A stretch of DNA of 63,939 nucleotides, filler included, from Lenisia limosa (lineage: Eukaryota > Protista > Breviatea), in assembly GCA_001655205.1 (NCBI GenBank). It is 10 parts of 10 records of this genome, joined end to end, with 100 filler letters (N's around TTAATTAATTAA, not from the genome) between each part and the next. Parts side by side here need not be neighbours in the genome. Positions count along the whole stretch, not along the records: positions 1 to 24,256 come from LPNZ01010526.1; positions 24,357 to 33,682 come from LPNZ01003350.1; 8 more parts are not named here. One strand, written 5' to 3'. Below the pieces are notes generated by a model. It worked only from the letters and a program-made list of their open reading frames with translations, had not been told where the DNA came from and did no database searches. The position numbers were made by a program, and so were the translations under genes. Shown here in pieces: positions 14,201 through 27,500 of the stretch (position 1 is the first letter of the stretch; each line of letters starts with the position of its first letter).

Positions 14201-14260
14201 GCCTCAAATGCAGTAATTGTCTTGCCAACAAAGCCATTGTAGGTGACCGGCCTTGAGAGT
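11260..14260 (-). CDS. Multi-exon gene with RCC1-like repeats; approximate
   Basis: Exon peptides TWGYNAYGQLCHSAGTTVGTPTL, GTWQSGGYSPYL, GEGRIFLCSDTTYNYDGT and ITAFEAGNYFYAVI, bounded by GT/AG. Confidence 0.4.
11955..12035. mobile_element. Tc1-type MITE (family T) copy
   Basis: TA|CAGTGGCTATGGTATAAGTCTTGACC...GGTCAAGACT...CTG|TA. Confidence 0.65.
13468..13570 (-). repeat. Dispersed intronic repeat R3 ending at a splice acceptor
   Basis: On the minus strand ...GATTTTGAGCTTTTTTTGTTTCATCAATTTTACTCCAATAG| abuts an exon. Same motif as other R3 copies. Confidence 0.6.
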
Positions 14261-14439
14261 AAAGAAATGTAACTGTATTGCAGAAAACCCAATCCCCAGA
14301 ATGAGGCTTTTCAGTCCCTTGAAAAAAAAAACGCAATGATATATTCTATTTAAAGTAGAATCTTCTGCAAAAGTAATTTGTGTCAGATACAAAATAACAC
14401 AATATTGTTTTGGACGATTTGGTTACCAAAATTTACATA

Positions 14440-14517
14440 CAGTGACCAGGATAAGTCTTGACAGATTTCCTATGTTATATCCCATGGAAAATTGGTCAAG
14501 ACTTATCGCGCTCACTC
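14440..14517. mobile_element. Tc1-type MITE (family T) copy
   Basis: TA|CAGTGACCAGGATAAGTCTTGAC...GGTCAAGACTTATCGCGCTCACTC|TA. Confidence 0.75.
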
Positions 14518-15600
14518 TATATTATCTTGCCTCCTTACGATGTCACCGGATTTGCTGAGCTCCCAGGTGTAGTGCCGAATGAGTTCGCACCCATACACTT
14601 CATGGTACTGTCTATAGAAAAAGAATATTTAAGAAGTCGATTTGTAAATTGGAATGATGGTAAACTCTTCTTATTTGAAAATTGATTCTAAAATGATGTA
14701 ATTATCAAGTGATGCCTTTCTTATTATAGTGTTGCATGCAGTAATACGATGAACTAAATTGTCATATAGTATATTATACTGCATATATAAAGGTACAATT
14801 GTGCACTATATATGATATTAATATCATATATAGTGCATATTGTTTGTGATTAAATGTATAGCATGCAAACACTACAAACTTTTATATTTCACATGCATGA
14901 AAATGATATAATGTAGTCAAACCAATGCACAGTCATATTTATGATCCTAGTTCAATACAGACTTTATTGGATCAGCCTACCTCCGAGGATAATACAGATG
15001 CCGTCATTAATAACCTGTATTGCGGAGGCTTGGGTATCAGCCCAGAGAATTTCGTAATTGTCCCCGTCCATATGTTTAACTCCAGCGGGGTCCTTTGGGG
15101 TAAAGAGGACGGTATGGTGAGACAAGCAGCACAATTAGTAGGTTATATCAGGTTGAAGATATCAATATATGTATCATATCGTGAAAGAAAACTGACACAA
15201 TACACTGCTTCTCCTTTTCACCACAAAAACGTTCTTATTAGCTCACTCCAGCTCCATAATTAGCAATGCCACATGACCAGATTCTTCGTTCTACGTTGTG
15301 AGGCTTCCATACAAGGATAGAGATTGTAATTTGTAGAGTAATGGAAGGAACGGGGGAAAACGGATAACGAAAGAACAACAAAAAGCGGAATAAAATAATC
15401 TTAAATGCAGCAGTGTGTTTAATGATAGTTTTATTTCAGGTAAAGAGGGATGCACACAATGATAGCAGCAACATATTAAATAATCACACAATTGTAATAT
15501 CGTAAAAATGTTCAGAGACTATTTCAGTTCATCTGAGATTTAACAAAAAATTTGAATAACATTTCCTCTTTTGAAATATTTTTGAGCTACTTGTGCACAA

Positions 15601-17252
15601 ATGGTGAATACAAGAAGGAATAAGCATGCTGCACCCCCCTCTCCCCCTCCTCAAGAAGAAAAGGCCAAGAAGAAGACTCCCAAGGCCAAGAAGAAGGTCG
15701 CTAAGCGTACCAAGGAGGTCAGCGAGGTCGCTCAAGAAGAAGAAGTAGCTCAAGAAGAAGATTCCGCTTCAGAACCCGTCGACTCTGACGTTGAGGCTCT
15801 TCCTCAGGCTCCCAGAAGGTTCCAGAAGATCCCTCGCCACTCCGGTAAGAACTTGTTTTGATTCGATGTGNNNNNNNNNNCATGCCAAATGCGATGTTCA
15901 TCCTTCCTAAGTGTTGGTAAGTCGCCGGTACATCTTTCATTAAAAGGTGTTGACTTAATTGTCCTCCCAAACCTTCACTTAGTACTCCATTGAGGAGGAA
16001 TTGTGGTTAAAAGCTTGTCTCAGACACTATCTTGGATATTGTTCACTGTACAGACTCCGCTTCCGCTTCCGTGGCTTTGTCCACCCAGCCCCTCTTCCTG
16101 TCCGCCCAACAAGTCAAGATTGGCTCTGCTGTAAATTGCCAGACGGGAAGCATTATCGGTACAATTACCTCCCATTTGGGTTCCAAAACTTCCTGTCCTC
16201 TTTGATGCTGTCTTTCGCGCAACTCTTGAAATCAAAAAGAGGGGGTCAAAGAGGGCGTAATTCTTCGTCAGATTCTATGATTTCAGAAGAGATGTGCTAT
16301 ATTTCAATTTACTTTGACGACGTTTTTGGCACAGCCAAAACTGAAATTTTGGTCGCTACATACTCGCGTCAATTCTCATTTTCTGGACCCTTGTCGGCAT
16401 CCCCTACGGAGAGGACAAGGTGACCTTGCCAGCGCACAACATGACGGTTCTGGGGGTAGAAATTGACACCCCGACTATGACCGCTCGTCTCCACAAGGGC
16501 AAGATTGCCGCATATCTCCATCACATTAACATTGCCACCCATGCTCCCCAGTCTGTCAAATCCCTCTAGTCCCTTGCGGGCAAATTGGCCTGGGCTGGTC
16601 GGGTTATCCCAGTTGGCCGTCGTTTGACAAAGGCACTTCACAATGAGATTGGCCTTTTCCCACACTCCCCTGCACTCAACACGTGTCCCATCACGCTAGG
16701 ACCGCCCTAGATTCGTGGGCTGACCTCCTGACCCTGGACCCTCCCCGCCGGGTCACAAGCCAAGATGAGCCACTTTGGTGCACGGATGCATCATCCACTG
16801 GTATCGGTGGTTTTTTTCCGTCGCAGAAGCTGTACTTCACCGCCCACGTACCGGAACATGCCAAAGTACTCCATATTAACCTGCTCGAATTGTTTGCGGT
16901 TCGAGTGGGTTTGGCCGTCTTCAGCAGTCCGGATTCTTCTATCCTCGCGGGTTGTGACAATCACGTATTGTGTTTTGTCATGTTGCAGTTTTGTGCTTGT
17001 TACTGTTTCTCAATGGTTGTAAACGTAACCTCTTTTATATCCACAAACAAGAACGTGCATCATGCCTTGTTCGTTTGGCCATCCGGTAGCCTGCTGAGAG
17101 TTCGAGCAATGTATGATATTCTCCGGTTTGACTTGGTCAAAACTGGTCTGTCTGAGGAAAAAGACTTCCTTTTCACCGTCCATTCTTTCCGCCACACCAG
17201 CACGACCAATATAACTGGTACAGAGGAGGAGAAGATGAAAAGTGGAGGATGA
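15601..17252 (+). mobile_element. Internally deleted DIRS-like retroelement (gag head, RT, RNase H, YR C-terminus)
   Basis: RT: YRYNYLPFG and IYFDDVF. DIRS-type RNase H: TDASSTGIGG, HINLLELFAV, GCDN. YR: TVHSFRH. Frameshifted. Confidence 0.85.
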
Positions 17253-17949
17253 AAGTCCATTAGGATGCTTAGGAAGTATGATCATTGATCGAATAAATAT
17301 ATTATGTGCTTTCTTTGATTTTGTGTGGATTTTTGGGTAGGTGTTAAGGGTTCTAACCCTATACACAACCGTGTTACATGGTTGTCCTCCTGACACTGCA
17401 ATCTTGGCTTTCAATATACCGACCTCAATATCCTTACACTATCATAGTCGAATAAGAAAGGAAGTGATAGTTTCAATAGGAGAAATAAACAATCCATCTC
17501 TTACACTTCCATCACGACACCAACACTCCGCTTACCTAAATAGTGAGAGATGATCACAAGTTTTCAAAATAATCAATGTTTTGAACTAACAACACGTCAT
17601 CAGTTGCAAAACTTTAATAATCAGTGGCATAAAACACATTTATTAATATAATTGTTCTTACAAAATCTACGAACAAAGATATTATGATATACTAATAGAT
17701 GATATATAATATGAATATTAATACATAATAATAAATAATTTAGTATTAAATCGTCTGAGTATGAAAAATATATTAATAAAATAATACATGTTTAATATTG
17801 ATATTAATTGCCCGGAGCTGTAGTAATTAGTGATGAGGAATCCAGCACAATAGGGAGAGAGGGGGTAGAATAGCAATTTTGGTGACAAAGAACGCCCAGA
17901 TTAACTCTGCTGACTTTGAAAAATGAGAATTATGAAAAAATGAAACATG

Positions 17950-19420
17950 AATTGGCTTCCCACCGCAGGTAAAGTCGGTTTGGAAGGTGCCAGTGCAGGT
18001 AGCCAGCGGAGTACCTAAGAAATAAGGGAGGCATCACGAATGCTTCATTTTAAGGTACCCAAAACCCTTCTTCCACGGAGTATGGACAATGTACGTTACA
18101 GTCTTTCTTCTTTTTTAATAGTATGAGCTAACTTCAATTCACCCAGTTGGTTACCCCTCCTCATTGAAAGCAGTTGTAACTCCTCATATTTTTATACCTA
18201 TCATATATCATACCTACGGTCCCAAAAAAGACAGAATTTCTCGATAAATACCCGATTAGTATCGATATTTTACTGGTCTGTTCGGACTGAAGGGAACCCT
18301 GACCCCCCCCCCNNNNNNNNNNNNNNNNNNNNNNNNNNNNNNNNNNNNNNNNNNNNNNNNNNNNNNNNNNNNCCATAGTCAAGACCTGAGCGGTTAGTTT
18401 CATGAGGAATGCGTATCTGATCGAAAAGCCCTGAAGATAAGAGGTAATAATGGTGGTATAAGAGGCTATAACGGTGGTATCAGGCCGAAGCCATTCACAC
18501 CTTCACGTAATAACTATACCTGACATGCGCAATGATAATTATGAGACAAGGGAGGTTTAATCCAAGAACTGTATGGTTTTACCCATGGAATGATGAACAT
18601 CAGACCCCCACCATTAGTGCAGTTTGACGTCATAGACGCGGCAAAGTTGGCATTGCAAGTAACTAAAGAGGTTAAATGAGGATTAAACACAAGACATTCT
18701 TTATGTCACCCCCCTCCCTTCCCTAAGCTAGTACCCAAATAACTTTTCTTGTAAAAGAACCCCCATGTTCTGTTAAGCCAATAATATCTCTATTTTACAT
18801 AATACATGTATCTTGAACAATTCTCAATGAACCCGAAGCTTCCTCTAATACACCCCTTAATCACAGCTTAAACAACTTTTCGCAACAGCTTTCAAAAGCA
18901 CTAGTGGTTACACGGCCTTTCCCTGATCAAACAAAACACCCCTCACTGGGCTGGCAAGTTGGGATATTAGTCCACCCAGATGCGTAGGAACATGAAGCGG
19001 TTCCGCTGGTTTGACTCAGCTCAAGGCCAGTAGGACAGGACCCCTGTGGGAGGTAAAAAGCTAATATATTATGCATGTAGGTCCCCTATGAAGTTTGATT
19101 TTGGGAAAGGGTCCATATTAAATGAAGGTGATGACTACATGTGGTGATGGTGATGAAAAGAGGCAAGCTGTCTGTGGTGGTGATGGAGTGCATCACTAAT
19201 TTATGCATAATTATATCTGATTTCTTACCCTTTGTGTTTCCAAAACTCTAATAAATACTTTTGAAGCATTAGCGTGACAAAATGGCTTGCCACGAAAGTG
19301 GAGCGAGAAATACTAGCACGCTCATAACCCGTACAGTAGCAGTGTAATCAGCAGTGAAAGTAGTGGCCGAAGCCCTTGTTCGTGTGTTAATTGTGACTAT
19401 GACGTTCTCATAAACAAAAG
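17950..19420 (-). CDS. Small Cys/Thr-rich exons of an unidentified gene (may be 5' part of the RCC1-like gene)
   Basis: GT-AG bounded exons GSCPTGLELSQTSGTASCSYASG, TCNANFAASMTSNCTN and TPLATCTGTFQTDFTC. Confidence 0.35.
18213..18301. mobile_element. hAT-type MITE (family H) copy
   Basis: CCTACGGTCCCAAAAAAGAC...GGTCTGTTCGGACTGAAGGGAACCCT inverted termini. Confidence 0.65.
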
Positions 19421-20999
19421 GCGCGTCAATGAGGCATGATACTCCTGGGCAAATGAGGGGAAAGAGACATGACACTCCTGTAAATAAAGGAAAATGTGAT
19501 ACTCCTATAAATATGGAAAAATGAGCCATCCTACTCCGAGGCTACCATTAGGGGATGAGCCTCAGGTTGAATCTACCCATCAAAAATAGTGACAAAAAAT
19601 GTTTATTATCAAATATATATTTAGCATCACTGATTGTTTACTTTGACGTAAATGAGAAAAGAATACACTACTATGTGTTTTCTATCACTAATCTGCTCGG
19701 ATCCCTCACCCACGGTTACTCAGCTCGTCAAATTCACCCTAAGAAGGTTAAAGTGGTATTTCATGGGGGGGGGGGGTGNNNNNNNNNNNNNNNNNNNNNN
19801 NNNNNNNNNNNNNNNNNNNNNNNNNNNNNNNNNNNNNNNNNNNNNNNNNNNNNNNNNNNNNNNNNNNNNNNNNNNNNNNNNNNNNNNNACCTTTGAAATG
19901 GCATGGCTCTCGAGAGAGGCAGGAAACAACTCGAGCTGGACTTTACCTGATTTGTCTTCAACTCTGCACGATGGGGAGTGGTGAGAGTGTTTTTAATTGG
20001 TTTCTACACGGGGTGGGGAGCGAAGACGTGTCCGAAAACCACCGAACACAGTCCGAATATAACAACCCGCGACTATACATCTCTCATACAACTGGATATG
20101 TTAAAAAATCAGTAGAAAATAGCAGTGAACATATCCACAAATATACTTTTAAAAGTGACGTGATTACTTGTTTCACGCGCAACCTCATACAGTATGGAGA
20201 AGACACTGGCCACAAGCAAGAGGTAAATGAAAGCACTACGCATCGTAATAGCTCTCTTCTTCTCTGGGAGGAGCTGAGTAAATTATACTGTCGCTATCGT
20301 GTAGGGTAACCCCCCCCCCCCCCCCNNNNNNNNNNNNNNNNNNNNNNNNNNNNNNNNNNNNNNNNNNNNNNNNNNNNNNNNNNNNNNNNNNNNNNNNNNT
20401 TGTTTTATATTTTGTTTTCTAATAATAAACTAACAACACCATTAAAAAAAACTGTTTAAAAAGCATTATAGGGCACCAGCCACAGATGACAGAGATAAAT
20501 AGATCGTAGATCTATTGAAGTCTGTTTCTTTACTGTACCTTTTCACTTTACATTAAAACTTTATTAATATTATATTATTTAAGGGCGAAATTCATCGACT
20601 TGAAGCCTTAGTTGAGCCTTAGTTAATTTCGTGAACTACTAACATGAGATTCACTAAATTCTTAGTTGCTCGCCAGCTTTCCCCTCACTCCCTGTGTATT
20701 TTTTTTTTATTTTCATTTGTTTTTTTAAATGATTTCTGCGGTTTTGCCCTGTCACTGTGCTTCTCTTCATTCTCCTGCTAGCTATACCCAAAAAGTATCT
20801 TCAGATAGGTTAGTAACTTAATTGTTTATGATCTACTTGGGTAATTACTGGGTAATTGTATATTGATTGAGCTTTTTACAGAACATGGCATATTTTCAGT
20901 TATATTATTATTGTGCATTTTTTATGTAGGCACGCAGAAAGCTGTATACACAAAGTTGAAACAAATAATTTAGTGAATTATTATTGTACAATCATCCGA

Positions 21000-21072
21000 T
21001 ATCTCTTATTAGTGCTGGTCTGGACGGCCTCGGTCAGATACAACCTTATTGTTTTATTTCTCATTGCTATAT
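21000..21072 (+). repeat. Dispersed repeat R5 (~70 bp)
   Basis: GGCCTCGGTCAGATACAACCTTATTGTTTTATTTCTCATTGC. Related copies near 3677, 6932, 37148 (minus) and 45543. Confidence 0.6.
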
Positions 21073-21314
21073 GATATATACTGTATGTATCCATTTTGAA
21101 GAGGGAGGTCTAAGCGAAGCAACAACCCGCATTGATTTTTGGTGAAATGATTAGAGACTTTAGTTTTGTTTCCATACACTTTTTGCAGCATTGATTACAT
21201 TGATGAATGTGTATGATACGCTGTTCCAAAAAAATATCGCTAAATATTAATATTTTTTTTATTTATCGAGAACAATTTTATTGAAGCATAGGGAAGCTTC
21301 AACGTAATCATGAA

Positions 21315-21392
21315 AGTGCCGCAGAGCGTGGTCACTTGCATATTGTTGCAACTTATTGAGAAGGGTTCAGGCATTAACACAGCTGATGTTGA
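21315..21392 (+). pseudogene. Frameshifted ankyrin-repeat fragment
   Basis: AAERGHLHIV.. / LIEKGSGINTADVE needs a frameshift. Followed by a GTAGG donor. Confidence 0.45.
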
Positions 21393-21726
21393 GGTAGGAT
21401 GAGGGGGTAAACTCTTTATTCTAGAACTGTAAGCATGCTTTAATTAATAACATTTTGGTCTGAACCGTACAGAGGCGCCTTTTATGTGTTGTGCTGCCAT
21501 ACAATTGGAGCGGATACATGAGGCACTCAGAATCTGGTGTCACTATGTCACACTTGTACACAGCTCTGGATTTGATCCTCACTACTCCAGGATGATGCAC
21601 AAAAGACTATCCCGTTGAAAGACCATTAAACCATTTATTAAAACAAAAACAGTCAACACCATATTACATTGAGACATCTTCTCTTTCTGAGCCTCGGTGT
21701 GAAATCAGTTTGGGTGGATAAGACGC

Positions 21727-23908
21727 TTAGTCTTTTTTCTTCTTTTCTTTCTTTTCCTTTTTCTCTTTCTTTTCCTTTTTCTCTTTCTTTTCCTTTTTCT
21801 CTTTCTTCTCTTTCTTTTCCTTTTTCTCTTTCTTTTCCTTTTTCTCCTTCTTTTCCTTCTCCTTTCCTTCCGACACAACCTCTTCTTCTGTTGCCTTGAC
21901 CTCTTCCTCCTGCTCTTCAGTCTCCTTTTCATCATCATCCTCAGCCTCATCATTATCATCACCCTCACTCTGTATCCTCTCGTCTTCCTCCTCCTCCTTC
22001 CTGGACTTCTTCTTTCCTTCCTCATCCTCCTCATCATCGTTCCTGGCTCTCTTGAGGTTGTTGTCGTCCTTGCGTGGACGCTTGGCGCTCTTGAGTGTCT
22101 TCACATCGTCTGTCTTGACTTCAGCTGAGAGCCGTGCCGCGAGAGTGTTTGATTGGTCGGTGGGGATTCCCCAGTTGGATTGTAAGACCAGTACCATAGA
22201 CTTCAGGCCTTCTTCGGTACTATGGGGGGGGGGGGGNNNNNNNNNNNNNNNNNNNNNNNNNNNNNNNNNNNNNNNNNNNNNNNNNNNNNNNNNNNNNNNN
22301 NNNNNNNNNNNNNNNNNNNNNNTTAATTCACTTTGTATGATAAATAAATTTACAACAGAACGCTCACACACATACAGACAATAAAGCCATGGGGGAAGAT
22401 AATACCAATGGAAAGCATTGTATATTTTTTAGAAAATAACACGAGCATCATCGAAAGGTACCAGTGCAGCATTGATAATACAACATGGATGGACAATTAT
22501 TGTGGCTTCAACTTGGTCAAATTCTTAATAATCCTCGAGTCGATATTTTATCGGTCTTGTTCGGACTGAAATGAAGCCAGTATCTGAGGTAATTTTCTGT
22601 TTTCAAGTATACACTCACGGTGGAGTAAGACTGAGGTAAGGCTGGGGCAGCAGGGGGAGGCCTTCATCATCTAAGGGGGCGCAGAGAGGCGCAGTTGGAG
22701 GCAATAGGCTGGCCTGTGGTGTAAGTATGTTAATATTTTTGCCTTTTATGTGACAAAGAACAATTATTAAGGACGCCAAGCATTGTTCATATTGTACTAA
22801 AATAAAAAGAAGACGGGGATTGAAATGACTTAAACATTCCCCTGTAACTTTTTCTCTTTCAGTCACGATTCTCAAACAGTTCAGAGCAGCCTAAGTAGGG
22901 TAAAAAATGGAGACAATAAAGCATCCAGATAATACATATGAAATAGTATACACTATTAGATAATTATCGTAATGATAGTGGTGTATGAGAGCATTGTTAT
23001 AAATGTTATAAATATAGTAATACACATAAAATAATTACATATGCATATGATACATCTGACTTATCAATAATGATTTAACAAGTTGCGAAGAGAGGCTGGG
23101 AAGTCACCCTCAATACCTGGAAATGGGGTTTCCAGTTAACAAGCTCGGATTCGTAGATGCGAACCTGAAGAGGTTAGGACAAAAAATAAGTCAGAACAAG
23201 AGCTACGATTTCTTTTCAAAACAAACAGTAGAGGAAGCGACAAGTTGTAACCACCAACCTCGCTGAGTTTGGAACCCGTAATTTCACGCATGATCTTCTT
23301 CAGGTACCCTACCTGTGACGTTAGTTCGAGTCATAAAGTGAGAATAAGAAAACTAGCAGTTGCGTCGAAATGTGAAATAGTGGTATCTGGCCAAAGCCGT
23401 CCATATCGTCATGCTTTTAAAGAGAGAGAGAGAGAGAGATATAGATATATAATATAGTATATGACATTTACTAAGGTAGTAAATATTATGATATTTATCA
23501 AATAATAATAGATACTATGATTACTGAGGTCATATACCGAATCATTATTCCCCACAAATACTTCATACTCTGCGCACCCTTGCCAACACCCCCTCCCACC
23601 TCCTGCCTGACAGCAAGGGTAACAGCCAACCCTGACCGTTCTGCACGAGCCGTACGACCAACTCTGTGGACATAGGTTTTGGTGTGGCCCTGAATTGGTG
23701 AATAATGCAGCAAATGTGTATTAAACTGAATAGCTTCACTTATGGGTTCAAAATACGTGGAAAATTTCGTTATTTATCAGTTTTTCAAAAGAAGTTCCCC
23801 ATTAGGTAACTTCCCCAAAAGGCAGGTCTTACCGGCGTGTCGTAGTTGATAACGAGGTCGACTGAGGGAATATCCATACCACGTGCCATCACATCTGAGC
23901 ACACCATG
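21727..23908 (-). CDS. DEAD-box RNA helicase, DDX51/Dbp6-like, 3' half with K/E-rich tail
   Basis: Exons 23833-23908 (VCSDVMARGMDIPSVDLVINYDTP) and 23600-23689 (TYVHRVGRTARAERSGLAVTL), then further phase-compatible exons down to the (KKE)n tail ending at 21727. The 5' part is lost at the scaffold end. Confidence 0.85.
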
Positions 23909-23968
23909 CTAAAGAGGATAAAAACAGTGAATAGAAAAACGGGAGTTGACAGTTAGCTATGTGACCAG

Positions 23969-24069
23969 TGGGGTTTCACTTCGGTTCAAAAAAGACCTGG
24001 AAATTATCGATAGTTTTCGAAGATTTATCAAGATATTCAGTCTTTTTTTCGAACCGAAGTGAAGCCCTA
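23969..24069. mobile_element. hAT-type MITE (family H) with 8-bp TSD
   Basis: TIR TGGGGTTTCACTTCGGTTCAAAAAAGAC / GTCTTTTTTTCGAACCGAAGTGAAGCCCTA. Flanks GTGACCAG / GCGACCAG (7/8). Confidence 0.85.
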
Positions 24070-24132
24070 GCGACCAGTAAGAACAATTGAGCCAAGGTAC
24101 GATTTGGTGAGGAACGCCTTATTTGAGCGTTA

Positions 24133-24256
24133 GTTGCTCGTGTTTGTTATTGCTTGTTTTTTTTGTGTTTTGTTTTGTTTGGAGTTTCATACTATTCGGT
24201 TCGTGATTAGTACCTTACGCTTATTCATCGAAATTTACTTCGTTTTACCCCCCCCC
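24133..24256 (+). repeat. Dispersed intronic repeat R4
   Basis: GTTGCTCGTGTTTGTTATTGCTTG...GGAGTTTCA...TTCGGTTCGTGATTAGTACC...TTTTACCCCCC. Also near 46737, 53177, 56152 (minus) and 59140. Confidence 0.7.
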
Positions 24257-24300
24257 NNNNNNNNNNNNNNNNNNNNNNNNNNNNNNNNNNNNNNNNNNNN

Positions 24301-24312
24301 TTAATTAATTAA
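24301..24312. other. Artificial six-frame-stop linker (first of nine)
   Basis: TTAATTAATTAA centred in N runs. Others start at 33727, 37753, 41594, 52016, 54202, 55727, 59961 and 62882. Confidence 0.95.
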
Positions 24313-24530
24313 NNNNNNNNNNNNNNNNNNNNNNNNNNNNNNNNNNNNNNNNNNNNTCCCCCAGGTTTATCATATTGACCCCTGTCATTTTTGTGGCCCG
24401 CCCGGCACCAGGGTCATGACCCATGTCATTTCCCAATTCCCCAAATAAGCCATTTTTTATACTGGTCCAAGGTCCTCTATATGGGGGGGTCAGTCCTGGC
24501 TCAAATCTAGGTTGAATCTGGGAGTTTGGG

Positions 24531-27500
24531 ATGCCTCGCGAAATAGTTAGTGTTCATGTTGGGCAATGTGGAAGTCAAAGTTTTTTTTCTCTCCAATAAT
24601 ATAGTTGGAGTATCATTTTGGGATGCTTTATTAAATGAATTCAATATATCTCCTGATGGGTCTATTCATGACTCTGAAAAAGGATTTGATGAAGTTTTTT
24701 TTTCTGCAGTTTGTTTTTATTTGTAAATTGTCAAATGAGAAGCAGGTGTTGGCAAGATCCATTTTCTTAGATTTAGAGCCAAGAGTTCTGCAATCAATTC
24801 AAAAAGGTCCATTTAGGCAATTGTTTAAATCTGAGAATTATTTTACTGGGGATAGTGGAGGTGGAGCTGGTAACGTATGGGCAAATGGGTTTTTCTCTGG
24901 CCAACAGTCTGAAGAAATTATTTTAGAAATGCTTCAGAGAGAGGTTGAGTCTGCTGATTCAATGGACGGTTTCTTCCTTTCACATTCAGTTGCAGGTGGC
25001 ACAGGGTCTGGATTGGTTTATTGGTCTCTGTTATCCAAGGGTTCGAAAGTGTTAGAGGTGATATCCTCCTATTTTGCTAAATCTGCTGTTTTGGCAAATT
25101 CTGTTTTCCCAAATCATGGTAATTGATGAATACTCATCAGAAAATTTTTCTGATGTTGTGGTACAGCCTTATAATTCGGTACTCACTTTAAGAAGATTGA
25201 TTGAGCACACTGATGCTGTTGTATGCTTTTTAATGAATTAACTCTCAAGTGTATTCTTGATAACCAGTCTCTTAACAAATTGGCCTTGGAAAAAAATGGA
25301 GGGCATACTCCAACATTTGAAGACGTTAACTCTATAGTTTGCTCAACTCTTTTACTATTTACTAGATTATGAAGGGGGGGGGGGTTTTGACGAGAGAAAT
25401 AAAATACAGTAGAAAAGTATTTTATCTTTTTTTTTGAAAAAATATGTATTGAATCAAAGACAAAGGAAACAAAATCAAATTAGGACCAAATGTCTGGGGA
25501 AGCATCTTGAAGCGTGTTTGGTCCTCTTCCTCTTCGAGAAGATACAGGTAGCGAACACTATGTCGAGACCACCCTTGGACGAACAAGGGGAGGAAGTTCG
25601 TCAATTACAGAGAAGTGGGTGTTATTTTGGTGTTGTGGACCAGCGTGTACAATGAACATATTATGTATCTTTATATTTATATATGATATACTAAACCTAT
25701 CACATTTCAAATTAATACTATGTGGTAATAGCTTGGAATGGTACTGATAGACTGCATATCTGGGGGTGAAATAAAAAAGTTGTAGAAGCAGAAGTGTGTT
25801 TTAACACTTTTATTTCAATACTGATGTGCATTCAAAATATTAAACCATAACATACTTATTGAGTTTGTTAACTCGTAATAACAAATACTGCATTTAGTCC
25901 TGCCTTATTTTAGCCAAAAAATTCAAACTATTGAGCATATTTATGAAGCTCAAAAACGAAGGCTATTCATAATTCAATACTTTGAAGAATCACGAACGTT
26001 CTTGTGACATTTCGTAGGACGCAAAAATATCACTTTCAGCGTGGGTTGACTAACTGAGAAATCCACAATGGTCAGGGTTGATTACATTAGAGGCACCAGA
26101 AAGAGTCACAGACCAAGATCAGCCGATCTGGTGTACAGACTTCTCCTCCACGAGGATTGGGGGTTCTTGTTCGCTCTCTGGTACTTTCTTTTCCGCCCCT
26201 TTTCCCCCGAGGTTGTCTAGTTTACATATCAACGTACTCGAATTGATTGCAGTACGTGTGCCAACAACTTGTCAACCCGGATTTCGGCAAAAAATAACAT
26301 CACTTCTCGCAGGATGTGATAATCGTTCGCCATCTCATGGTTCGATAAAGGAGGCGCTTCTCCGAAGATTGAGATGTTATTGTAAACAAGATTTGCAGAT
26401 CATAAATCTTGGTGACATCCCACTGGGGATAACAAGTTTGCTGATGCAGCTAGCCGCAACGATGTCACTGCATTGTCTGAGCTTAAAAAGGGTTGATGTG
26501 CCTAAAGCTCTTTGGCCAATTTTGATCTGAAGGTTTTGTTTGTTCATATTTGATTCTGCTGACCGAAATGCGTGATTACATTATTCATATAATCTAGATA
26601 TTGTTATTAGCCTATTACTATTAGACTATGCTGCTAAGCTTGATGTGCAACGTCAAAAGATTAAAAGAATGTGTGTTAGAAATACGACAATGCAAACTAA
26701 TGGCACGGCTATGAAGACTTATAAAGAGATGGGCCATGATATATTATATATGCGGCCATTCTGGTTTTTTTCGCTAATTCTGATTTTTTTCTTGTTTATG
26801 TTTTGNNNNNNNNNNNNNNNNNNNNNNNNNNNNNNNNNNNNNNNNNNNNNNNNNNNNNNNNNNNNNNNNNNNNNNNNNNNNNNNNNNNNNNNNNNNNNNN
26901 NNNNNNNGAAGTCAAGATAATTTTACTGTGCGTTAAATAGACATTGAAATGACGTTGCGACCGAAGTCGTGACGTCTACTATCAAGATATACAACGTTAC
27001 CCTCCCTGGTTTTTTCTAGTGACATGAGAAAGCCCAAAACACTCTCGTAAAATGGATTAAGGCCCATCAAACCCTCGAAAGCCCCGAAGCTATAGGCAAC
27101 GAAATCGCCGATAAACTCGCTTAAAGAGAGGCCTCCAGACCGCTTTCCCAATTCCTCCATTTCTTAGTTTCCCTCATAGCTCAATTTGTTACTTATTAGA
27201 GAAGAACTCCCGCTCGAACCCCCCGCCAACAGAACCCCAGACACCCAAACTCTTCTCGGGAACTTCCATAAAGCCCGACTAACAAACCTTGCGTCATCCT
27301 CTGCATTGTAGAACCCCACATTCGCCTGGCCTCCGTGAATTCACTCCAGGTTCGGAATGTAACAACAAAAATTCCTCCAATCAGCTCTCGAACAATTCAG
27401 GCTCCACGTAATCTCAAACACTCTGTCCACACGCTCGCGGTTCGCACAATTTGAAAGAACAAGCCCACTATGCACCTCACCCAGAATCGTTCCATCATCA

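Noticed and set aside
21896-22384. Ser-rich plus-strand ORF and R/K-rich alternative-frame ORFs
   Set aside because: Antisense or frame shadows of the helicase K/E/D-rich tail.
24257-24356. Recurrent palindrome TTAATTAATTAA as a biological repeat or CRISPR-like unit
   Set aside because: Always centred in fixed-length N runs and gives stops in six frames, so it is an assembly linker. Gene adjacency across these points is meaningless.
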